NCBI GenBank assembly: GCA_951406725.2
Contig: OX597821.1
Location: forward strand, 64,170,001-64,234,000
Reading direction: 5' to 3'
Length of the DNA stretch: 64,000 nucleotides
From: Octopus vulgaris
Lineage: Eukaryota
Shown here: one piece after another, positions 52,729 to 64,000 of the stretch
How the letters are laid out: each line of letters starts with the position of its first letter
Numbering within the stretch: the stretch's first letter is position 1
Translations under genes and position numbers: made by a program
The notes under the pieces: generated by a model
Told to the model about the DNA's origin: nothing
The model's input: only the letters and a program-made list of their open reading frames with translations
Database searches by the model: none

Positions 52729-52928
52729 CGCGAGGGTGCTGAAAAGTTCCTGGTTTTAAGGGTGTAGCGAAAGGTTTGGTTGGAGTTCTTTTACAGGGCT
52801 TAGAAAACCTGAAGGACTGCTGTAATAAAATCTGAATCTGAGAGGGAAATATGTTGCATAAAATCATAATTACTGATCCTACTGTATTTTATTTAACCTA
52901 AAGCCAGTAACTTTTCAGCATACCTTCG
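52729..52928. mobile_element. Mariner-type MITE (200 bp) inserted in a SINE A copy
   Basis: TA|CGCGAGGGTGCTGAAAAGTTCCTGG ... CCAGTAACTTTTCAGCATACCTTCG|TA; splits the SINE motif ggatttggTAgacggaaact at its TA. Confidence 0.85.
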
Positions 52929-55329
52929 TAGATGGAAACTGTGCAAAATCCAGTTGCATACATACACACACATCATCATCATCATTATTCAATGACTGTT
53001 GTCCATGCTGGCACAGGTTGGACGGTTTGACTGGGCTGGCATGCTGGATACCCTTCCTAACGCCAACCACTCAGAGTGTAATAGGTGCTTTCACATGCCA
53101 CCAGCACAGGTGCATAGCACACCTTAGAATTTAGGCACATCAACACGTAGGATGCCAGGAATGACTAGGTACAATAACATTGGGTACGTAGTCAGGTAAA
53201 ATAACCCTGTATTGGTAGAGTACTGTAGTTATGCTGGTGTGTTTACGTCCCTGTAACTTAGCGGTTTGGCAAAAGAGCCTGATAGAATATGTACTATGCT
53301 TACAAAGAATAAGTCCTGGGGTCGATTGGCTCAACTAAAGGCAATGCTCCAACATGGTCACAGTCAAATGACTGAAACAAGTAAAAGAGTAAAGAGTGAG
53401 TGGCAAGTAGCTTGCTAACCAACCACATGGTTCCGGGTTCAGTCCCACTGCGTGGCATCTTGGGCAAGTGCCTTCTACTATAGCCTCAGGCCGACCAAAG
53501 CCTTGTGAGTGGATTTGGTAGACGGACACTGAATGAAGTCTGTTGTATATATGTGTATATATATTTGTGTGTCTGTGTTTGTCCCCCTAGCATTGCTTGA
53601 CAACCGATGCTGGTGTGTTTACGTCCCCGTCACTTAGCGGTTCGGCAAAAGAGACCGATAGAATAAGTACTGGGCTTACAAAGAATAAGTCCCGGGGTTG
53701 AATTTGCTCGACTAAAGGTGGTGCTCCAGCATGGCCGCAGTCAAAATGACTAAAACAAGTAAAAGAGTAAAAGAGTATGTAAAATTCACACCCAAAAGTT
53801 TTCAAAATTACCGATATGGCCAGGGAAAAAAGTTTTCAATTTACCACAATTTCACTTATGGTTAGATTTTATTAAATTTTCATTAAATAAAAATAATTTC
53901 TATTTTACAGGTATCACATTAAAAGCTATTAAAATTACAAAGTGCTTGTGTTGTCTTCCAGATAAATAAAATGTTTTGCTCACTCAATATACCCTCCCCT
54001 TCCTTTGAGGAGGTCTGTCTGCTTTACTCAGTCACCATACCCTCCTCTGCCCCCTAAGTTAGCATTCCAATAAAAATAAGTAAATGAAAAATATGACGCT
54101 GATTGCCTGCTAGCATCTGTGAGTGTGTGTGTGTATGTGCGCGCGTACGTGTAACTGCATGAGACTGTGTTTAAATGTTTGTATGTGTAGGTAAGTGTAT
54201 GAGACTGTGTGTTTGTGTGTCTTCACATAACTGTGTGAGATTAACCAGAAATAATCAGAGGATTATTTCACAATTTGTGAGCAGACAATAGCTGTATATG
54301 TATACATGCATACAAAATGTATGTCTTTTTTCAACGGAAAAATTCTAAAAAAAGATTCTGGAAACAACCTACTCATGTAATTTACGCACACACTAAAGTT
54401 TATTTTTACTTTTGCAAAAAAAAAGTGTGTAAATTACAGTATTTTCAATTCGGTTTCTGTGCCTGTCATCACCTATGGTCACGAATGTTGGGTAATGACT
54501 CAAAGAATCATCATCCTCACCATTTAGCATCTCTCCTCCATGCTGGCATGGGTTGGACAGGTTGACTGAAACTGGTAAGCTGGAGAGCTGCACCAGGTTC
54601 CAATCTGATTTGTAGAAACCATGTTCTACAGCTGGATGCCCTTGCTAGTGCCAACCACTCCAAGAGTGTAACGGGTGCTTTTTATGTGCCAGTTACACGA
54701 GACCGACATCGCCCACAACTATACTTTCACTTGGCTTGACGAGCCTTCTGAAGACGATTGTTAATACAAGCAGCTGAAAAGGGGTTCCTCCAAAGGATAT
54801 TTACTCGAGAACATTCAACCTTGTAAAGTTTCTGAGCCAACAGAATAGTTTGAATGATACCATGTATATTTTTACATTAGGCTACTCAACACTAACTTTT
54901 CTTGTATCAATAACAAACTTTTGTTCTGGATTTACAAATAAATTTTTAGCTAAGGCAGGGAAGAGAGAGAGAGAGACTGAACAAGCATTCGATTTACTGA
55001 TCAGACTGGATTTAAGCCTTGTCAGGTCTGAGGGACATCGTTTTTGGTAGACCACTCTTACTAAGAAATTAGAATACACAGCAAATCACCAAATCTATAT
55101 ATCATGGTCCATTTATTGTATTGAATTAGAACTGAAAAAGTTATACATGCATAGAGAAGCTGCTATATATAAATTCAAATATAAATATGCATAGATATAT
55201 AAATGTTAAACAAAAAGTTAACACGTTATCAATCAATACAGAAAGATTAAATCCATCTGTCAATGCAAAGGTTTATCTCAGCTAAGTACAGTAATTTTTA
55301 CCAACTTACAATTCTATGTCCTACACAGC

Positions 55330-57945
55330 AGTATCTAGAAAAACCTCTTTTGTTCTTTTTCCAAAACATGGCATCTGAAAAAATCTTTAAGGAATTCTTC
55401 AAACTGCATCATCTTCAGGACACTGTTCTCTACATCCAATGGGCACAAAGTACGTAGTTCAACAGTCATTAGTAAGTCATGGAATTCAAGTAATTCTTTA
55501 TCGGTACCAATTTGCTGAGTGATATTTTCTGTGAAGAACTAGAGACCATCATGCATGAATATATCATAAGAGTTGCAAAAAGTGTTGGTAAAGTACCAGC
55601 AAGCCTGTTATCATCGGGTAAAATTGTCAGTTGAGATGGAATGAAACATCTGAGCTTGGATAATGCTATGAACTGGACAATTGGACCATTTCTTATCTGC
55701 AAATATTATTAGGATCATGAAGGGAAAAAAATTAGTAAATATTTTGGTATCAGGTAGACTAAGGCAGCACGCTGGCAGAATTATTAGCATATAGGACAAT
55801 GTGCTTAGCAGAGTTTCTTTTAGCTCTTTACATTCTGAGTTCAAATCTCGCTATGATCAACTGTGTCTTTCATCCTTTCGCTGTCGATAAAACAAAGTTC
55901 AAGTCAAATACCAGGGTCAATGTAATCAACTCCTCTCAACATTGCTGGCTTTGAACCTGCAATGGACTGGTGTACAACTTAAGGGGAGAGCAGGGATCTC
56001 AGTCACATGTACCAAAGAAACTGGGTAAACAGCCTTATGGGTTCGAAGGCACCAGAAAAAAAAATAATCAGATAGATTGCATAAGTTTATAATTTCAAAC
56101 ACTAACTGGTTCCACATTGCATTCTTGTAAAACTATATAAATGGCTCTGAAAGTTCTATATCTGAATTTTCTCTGGAGAAAAGGATCAACTACCTCTTAG
56201 ACCGAGTGATGAGGGATTCACATCATAAATGTTTGTTCCTCCCCTCCTTGGTCTGTCAGGAGTTGCTTTATATAGTCTCTGCTGCCACATGACTTCAAGT
56301 TTCAATGCTTTACAATCATCTTGAAATGATTTCAAATTTATCCTGACGAAACAACTGGATCCACCATTTTCTTCATATCAATGTCAGTTCCTTGAAAGGC
56401 TTTAGATGAATTGGTGACCTGCACAAAAATTAAGTTACTTCCAGCTTTACACCTCATTTCAGGTGTTTGCTCCAAGTCACTTTCAGTATCTCTGAAAGTA
56501 TTTTGAATGCAGTTGTATCCATCTAAGAGAACTTCAGTAGCATCAACTCTTGCTAACAAGGACTTCACAGTTATTCTGCTTCTATGTTCTTCTGGTCTTC
56601 ATTACAGCGTATCGATGCAGGTAAAAAAAGTATATATATATATGAATTTTGTAAGATGCCACCACAACTAACAGTTTAAATACAGCAAGAGTCAGTTGCC
56701 CATCCAACAAACAATGAAAATTGTTGCTCACATTCCCCCAAGGACTGTCCTCTGTATTCTTCTCAATTAATACTTTTGTTTTCTAGAAATTATAACAGAG
56801 ATGTCAATACTTTGTGTCACTCAGTCTGAAAGTTAAAACATTCTTACATCTGGCAATGATTGTTAGATGGTTAACAAGAGCCAGATCTTCTGTTTTAAAT
56901 TCTGTGACAGTATTTTGCCATCAATATAATAATTTCTTAATAGACTGCTTGGCAGTAAGTAGGATTGTTTACCATTTTCACAATTGCCAGATTGTTTATG
57001 ATGAATCATTTAAAGTGGAATAAACTGTCCAACAAGTTCCATATGCTTGGATCTTGCGAGCTCTTCACTGTCTCTAAATCCCAGGCCTCTCTCAGTTAAA
57101 ACAACCATCCTGGTTACAACAAAGTACAATACTTCAGCTCTGTATTTCTTATTTCACTGGACTTACAAAAGCTAACATTCCAAGCATAGAAGAATCTATG
57201 ACATCAGGTTTCTTATTGAGGGTTACTTTTTGCCTTGCTTTTTTTTTTCAGTCATTAGAACCATTTTCACAGGAAAACCTGTCATCTTGGCTGAACATAA
57301 CAGTGCAACAAAGAGCTGTGACCCTTTGACAGCAAGTAGAGGTCCACGTTTTCAAATTCAGCTTAACAATGCCATGCTAGTGTAAAATATGAAATTCCTG
57401 ATAAAATAGCAATGCCTACTTTACATCAGTTGACATCAGCTTGATTGATGGAAAATCTGAGAAGCAAAGGCATATTTTGTCATGCCATAAATAGTTTTAA
57501 CCAAAAAAGGAACAAACATATCTCTAACAGAAAACCCACATGGCTGGATCAGGTTCACGTGATGCAGTTGTATCCATCCAAGAGGGCTTCAGTAGCATCA
57601 GCTCTAGCTGACCATGTACTATCTAACAGGAACTTTACAGTTTGTACAAGTTTTTTCCCTTCCAAAGTCTTAAATTGCATTGTCCATGTCTGAAGTGTGT
57701 GCAGAATGTGATGACCCATCAAGGTTTCTCTCATTTTCTGCATTGGGACTCTCAAGTGCAGGTATTTCAAAAGGGATATATCATGCTGGTTCTTCACCAT
57801 AAGCTGCCATGATGTCCATTTCCAAAGTAGACAAAAACTTTTGCCTTTATAAGGCCTTCTATCTTTGTCAATACAACAGTATCTTTTCATTCCTTTCTTT
57901 AGAAGCATCTCTTTTCTGAGCCCCAGGTATCTGAATTCTCCATGG
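55330..57945 (-). mobile_element. Decayed hAT (ZMYM1-like) transposase in UCHL5 intron 1
   Basis: Remnants: PGAQKRDASKERNEK (N-terminus), VLTERGLGFRDSEE (DUF4371-like), YRGQS, STWSARADATEALLDGYNCI (TRW motif region), and TLPTLFATLMIYSCMMVSSSSQKISLSKLVPIKNYL...ENSVLKMMQFEEFLKDF (hATC dimerisation domain). Possible degenerate TIRs containing TGGATTTA at ~55002 and ~58225. Confidence 0.82.
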
Positions 57946-60579
57946 TATATTGGATCTTTAGTGAGAAAATATAATCTGAAAAAAAAAGCAAAAAAACAAG
58001 AAAATAATGTCAAAAATAAGGGTGGGGGCAGGGTGGGGTGGTTTGGGAGATTAGGCCTGTATGTAGCGATCCATGGTATGAAAATGTCATACAGAGGAAA
58101 ATTTTAATATATATAAAAAAAAATTTATTTTAAGTGAAACTAATATTTAATCATTATATTATATTGGTGGGGGTGGTTTTGGAAAGCGGGCCTGAGACAG
58201 TTAGCCCTTATAAATCCACCACTACCTGCTAGACATAGTATCCCTCAGGTTGTATCCTTGTGATATGAAAAAGAATTGACACAATTAATGTAATCTTAGA
58301 CACACTACACCCAAAGATAACATAAGTGGGATGCTCATAGCTTGATCACCTTTTAATCAAAGATCAATACAATCAAGACTGTCCTATCAACTTAATAATG
58401 ACAACATTAACAAGTTAGATCATTTAAAATTGTCACCTTAATCCTTTAACATTTAGTTTATTCAGTCAAATATAAAGGGAAAAGAACCCCTTTGGTCATG
58501 AATGACTGTGGATTGCATCTAGAAAGTTACCCTCTGAGGCACAAGTGCGATCAAGGTTGTTTTTATGGAAGGCCAGCAGTCGCTAATGTATACCAGCCTC
58601 CTCTCTTCATGCCACCAATGTTATCCAAAGGAAAGGCAAAGACCGATACAGTTTAGCACCAGTGACATCACAACTCATTTCTACAGCTGAGTGAACTGGA
58701 GCAATGTGAAATAAAGTGTCTTTACTCAAGAACACAACACATATCCCGGTCCTGGAATTGAACTCACTACCTCATGATTGTGAGCCTGATGCTCTAACCA
58801 CTGAGCCAGGTGCTTTCACAAAGTCAAATGTTTTCAAACACTCATGCATCATTTCATAGCCTCAGGATTTCATTGATACGATTGTTTATTTTTAGAATGA
58901 CACTGTTGGGTAGGTGTGAGAGGTTGGATCTGGCTAGTTTGAACAGAAAACAGGTAGAATGTTCAGGCCAGAAATGGCTGGCTTAAGTACAAAAAGGTTA
59001 ATGTGGTTTGATCTGAGAGTAATAAAAGAGTAGTTATCGGGGTTAGATGGCTCGTGTTATTGGCATTTAAACAGGCCATATCTGGCCCCAAATATTCTAC
59101 TTATTTTATGTTCAAACTGGCCAGATCTGGCTTCTCACACCAACCCTACAATGTCATTTGGAAAATAAACAATCATCATCATCATCATTGTTGCTTAACG
59201 CCCATCTTCCATGCTGGCATGGGTTGGACGGTTTGACAGGAGCCAGCCAGGTAGAAGACTATCCCAGGCATCAGCTGGATGCCATTCCTAACACCAACCA
59301 CCCTACAGAGTGGATTGAGTGCTTTTTTATGTGGCACTAGTGCAGGCGAGGTCACTTTTGGCATGGTTTTTACAGACGGATACCTTTCCAAATGCCAGCT
59401 ACATGTTCAAAATCTTGAAGCTATAAGATAATGCATGATTAATTCAAAACACTGCAAATAAATCATCATCATTTAACATTCATTTTCCATGCTGGCATGG
59501 GTTGGACAGTTTGACTTAGCAAGGCAGGAAGCTGCACCAGGATCCAATCTGATCTGGCAATGTTTCTACAGCTGGATGCCCTTTCTAACGGCAACCACTC
59601 CAAGAGTGTAGTGGGTGCTTTTTACGTGCCACTGGCACAGGAGCCAGTCAGGCAGCACTGGCATCGGCCACATTCAGACTGCTTTTTACTTGTTACCGGC
59701 ACAGGAGCCAGTCGGGGCAGGGGGCCTGAAAGAGTAATCTAAATACTAAAGGGTTAATTAATACCAGATCAGCCCTATGAGATGCTGAGAGTCAGTCAAT
59801 GAGTAGGTACCATGTACAGATCCATTCTTTCAATGGTACCATGATTCTATTTAGTGAAAGATTATACTTGGTTCTAGGTTCAGTGCCACTGCACAGCATG
59901 TTTGGCATGTCTTCTGCTGATGTCCCTCATCTTGTGAGCGAATTCATTAGATGGAAACTGTGTGGAACCCCTTCATATGTATATGTGTGTGTGAGTATGT
60001 GTGTTCGTTTCTCTTATGCTTGACAACTGGTGTTGGTTTGTTTACATCCCCATAACTTTGCTGTTTTGTTTAAAGAAAGATTACAACACAACAGTTGTTT
60101 AAGTGTAGGTTAAAAAGGTAAAGGTACCTCCTCGAGTCATGCCAACTCATAAGGGCCAGCTTCCCGGTCTCCATGGTGCATATATTCCTCACCTAGATGG
60201 GACGGCAGTTCATCCCAAGATTATTCATATTTGCTAGCTGAGTGGAGAAATGTGAAATGAAGTGTTTTGCTCAAGAACACAATGCATATCGTCCAGTCCA
60301 GGAATTGAAACCACAATCTTACAATCATAAGTCCAGCACCCTAACCACTAAGTCACGTGCCTCCACACATTCAGGTTAGCCCTATGCTACATAGATAGTC
60401 AGCTGAATGACAAATTTCATTTACAGAGCCATCCTTCTATAACCTTCACTCTAGATAGGGGTCTAAACAACAAAATGGGATATCATAATGGTGGTTGTTT
60501 AGCCCTAGGCCAGCTCAATGCCATAGATTAGCAACCCTTCATTGATCTATTATTCCAAATATACTTTGACTGCTCAGAG

Positions 60580-61240
60580 TGGTGGTTCTCAACCAAGGTC
60601 CATATAAAATCTGGCAGGGTGTCCTTGCAAGCAAAATAGTAAAATGGGGGTCAACAGTAGTATTTTAAGGGCCCATATAAAATTTTGATTTAGATGTATT
60701 TATTGCAAGAAACAGGTTTCTTCTCCTAATGTTTTACTTAGTCCAATCTACACAAGTTAAATATCTGAACAACAGAATAGGAATTTTGAAAGACTTCATT
60801 GTTCCTATTTTAGTGTCCTTAGTCTGAAATCTTTTGTCACACATCCGGTGACCTCTTCAGCAGCTCTCCATCCTACAGATCTCCTCCTGCCCTGTTTAGT
60901 CTAATTTTAAAAGAAGCATCTATAAAACTAGTTTTTCACTCTAGCATTCAGATTATACTGTCAAATACAATGCTTATTTATTCACATTGTTTTGAATTAA
61001 TTATATATTAACATGCAGCTTCAAAATTTCAATGATGTGATTGTTTATTTCTAGAATGACATTGTAGGGTAAGGTGTGGGAGGCTGGATTTATCTAGTTT
61101 AAACACAAAACAGATAGAATATTTGAGGCAGAATACAGTCAGTTTAAATACTAAAGGGTTAAACACTGAATGGCTCTGAGGGTCCACCAGAATAAGTAAT
61201 CAGAGGGATCCATAGTGAAAAAAATGACTGAGAACCATGG
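60580..61240. mobile_element. hAT/Charlie-type MITE with nested insertions
   Basis: Ends gtggttctcaacc... / ...gactgagaaccatgg; contains a pLTR-like piece (60793-60905) and a piggyBac-type MITE (60940-61162). Confidence 0.6.
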
Positions 61241-63038
61241 TCCAAGAGGGAGAACAGGGAAACAATACTGATATAATTGCGGCTGTTGTTTAGCTCCAGT
61301 GGAGCCCTATTATCTAGAGTGGTTGGTTAAATCACTAAGTGCCATTCACAGAAACATTATTTCAGATACTCCTTAACTCTATCGGTGGACTATATTGTAC
61401 AATGAGAGACCACAGTGGCTATTGTTTTTAACTCTGGATCAGATCTACTTAGAAGAGAAACTTTGAAAACTTACATATATATTATATATATATACACTCA
61501 CACACACACATATATACATACATACATATGTATATAGTCAGGCAAAGGCAAGGCTGTGTGGTTAAGAAGCTAACTCTGCAACCACGTGGGGCATCACCCT
61601 GAAGGGCTAGTTGAACAAATCAATCACAGTAATTAATTTTTTTTTGAAGTCTGGTACTCATTCTGTCAGTCACTTTTTGCTGAACCACTAGGTTGCAGGG
61701 ATGTAAACAAAACAAAACTAGTTGCCAAGTGGGATGTGACAAACACAAACATATACTAAACAATTCTGTATATTTCCTATCATTAGCCTGAATCATATCA
61801 GAGTGCTAATAAGGTGTGGACCTGCCTGGATTCCAGATCCCTATTCCTTTACGTCATACATACATACATGCACATATATAGTCAACAGATGAGATTTGCA
61901 GATTCTTTTCTACTCTAGACACAAGGCCCAAAAGTTTTAGAGAGAGGGCCAGTTGATTAGATCGACCCCAGTATGCAACTGATACTTAATTTATCTACCC
62001 CAAAAGGATGAAAGGCAAAGTTGACCTCAGTGGAATTTGAACTCCGAGCGTAAAGACAGACGAAATACCGCTAAGCATTTCGCCCAGCGTGCTAACGTTT
62101 CTGCCAGCTTGCCACTTTGACTTGGAGGTTCTTGGTATAGAAAACACTTAGCACTCAAATTATTTGGACTTAGGCACCGAAGTCTTTATGAGGGACCAAT
62201 TCCGCCTTTAAACCTCTCTGTATCATGATCTGAAAGGTAAGATTTTTTATCTACCCAGATGATGAAGGCTCATTTTACCCAATGTTTATTTGCTTCGATT
62301 ACGGCCTGCATACTGTGGTGAACTACATCTACAAACATTGTGATGGATCTATGAGCCCCCAGAATCAGGTGTTGGACTTATAACACCATATCTCATCCCA
62401 TTTAATTTTCTCTCATTTGTATTCTGCATAAATTTGATCAATTAATATAAGTGTCTATATATTTATACTTGAATATTCATTGTCTGAAAATCTTCAATCT
62501 TTATTTACATTTGACGGATATTTGTCCTCATCTTGTTACTTGTTAACACGTTTCAGCTGATATACCCTCCAGCCTTCATCAGGTGTCTTGGGGAAATTTT
62601 AAACCTCGGTTCTCATTCCTAAGGTATTTTTCGATGTAATTATTATCATTATTTTTATTACTATTATTATTTAGGTCACTGTCTGGAATCGAACATGGAA
62701 TCTTGGAGTTAGTAGCCCACGCTCTTAACCATTATGTCATATGCCTGTCAAATGTAAATAATGTAAATAATTCCTCATCTCTTAAATATAGAACTGTATC
62801 TTCAATCTTTGTTTTCTTTCTGCTTACATGTTTATATATATATTCTTTTATTTGTTTCAGTCATTTGACTGCAACCATGCTGGAGTACCGCATTGAGGGG
62901 TTTTTAGTCGGACAAATCGACCCCAGAACTTATTCTATGTAAGTCTAGTATTTATTATATCGGTCTCTTTTGTGGAACTGATAAGTTACAGAGACATAAA
63001 CACACCAGCATCAGTTGTCAAGTAATAGTGGGGGTGGA

Positions 63039-63082
<44 letters not shown>

Positions 63083-63321
63083 CGACAGGCTTCTTTCAGT
63101 TTCCATCTACCAAATCCACTCACAAGGCTTTGGTTGGCCTGAAGCTATAGTAGAAGACACTTGTCCAAGGTGATATGCAGTGGGACTGAACCCAGAACCG
63201 TGTGGTTGGGAAGCAAGTTTCTTACCACACAGCCACACCTGGGCGTGTATATATTTATAAATATATATATTTGTATATCAAATGCAAGCTGTTATATTTA
63301 ATTTGTTTATCCGCGTAATTG

Positions 63322-63363
<42 letters not shown>

Positions 63364-64000
63364 CATGCATACATACATATATAAACATACTACAAGCATT
63401 CACAAGGCGCTGGTTTGTCTAGAGCTACAGTAGAAGACACTTTCCCAAGGTGCCGTGTAGTGGGACTGAATCGGAAATCACATGGTTACAAATTGAGATT
63501 TTTAAATGCACATCCATGACTTTGTAAATAAAAGTGAGCAGAATCTGCACTTGTGTAACTTAAGAGGGGAAAACTGGTGGTGTGCATTCAACCATGTTAG
63601 TGGCTGGCAGGAGTTAATAGACCAGACCCATGATCAAAGCATTCTACCCACGTTCCTTCTACATTTCCTTACAAGTAAGAAACTTGGAATCACTTAATTT
63701 GGAGTGTTTTTTATTTAAGATGGTAGGTGGGATTCAAAGATTTGTCTGCTAGTAGCAGGACAAGGGGCGATCCTGTAGTGTTTCTCAAAAGGAAGCATGT
63801 CAATATTTTGATGGTGTGTGTAGGATACTTCAAAATGAAAAGGAAATAACAAGTGATTAGAATTAGCAATTCAAATATCTCTCTCTCACTGAGACCTTTG
63901 GAAATATGCTGTGCTTGGGAAGACCCAGCAAACCAAGTAAGACCATAACCCGTGTAACCAGCCTATTTATGCGTTGAGGCAAGTGAAATCATAATCAAAA

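Noticed and set aside
55460-55540. Pif1-helicase-like phrase QQIGTDKELLEFHDLL
   Set aside because: The overlapping frame gives a better match to the hAT dimerisation domain and fits the neighbouring hAT remnants.
62540-62590. Minus-strand CTGATGA-aggctg...cagct-GAAACGTGTT as an intact hammerhead
   Set aside because: Core and stem II are present but no stem I pairing is visible; counted only as a possible relic.
52522-64000. UCHL5 exon 1 (expected ...WCLxESDPGVFTELI...)
   Set aside because: No matching codons were found by eye on the minus strand; probably outside the window. A tBLASTn search with the N-terminal peptide would settle it.

Overview
AT-rich, microsatellite- and transposon-dense eukaryotic DNA. 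The SINE families and repeat landscape suggest an octopus (coleoid cephalopod); this is my inference from recognising the repeats, not a database result. The right half carries a spliced minus-strand gene for the proteasome/INO80-associated deubiquitinase UCHL5 (UCH37). Ten coding exons (2-11) were read by hand between 39225 and 52521, all with GT-AG boundaries and consistent phases; exon 1 was not found and probably lies beyond 64000. The rest is mobile DNA: several tRNA-headed SINE families, RTE LINE fragments, a decayed Helitron Rep ORF plus non-autonomous Helitrons (one carrying a 2-kb ~22-bp minisatellite), a DD37D/maT-like mariner fragment, a decayed hAT transposase, and several MITE families. 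The least expected signal is a dispersed set of short elements, often next to (TA)n tracts and often inverted or palindromic, that contain type-I minimal hammerhead ribozyme motifs (CUGANGA...GAAA...GUH with pairing stems) from several unrelated sequence families. These are most simply read as Penelope-like pseudo-LTR remnants. Nearly all ORFs in the supplied track are simple-repeat or SINE artefacts. Coordinates were counted by eye: splice sites should be exact or nearly so, repeat boundaries are approximate.
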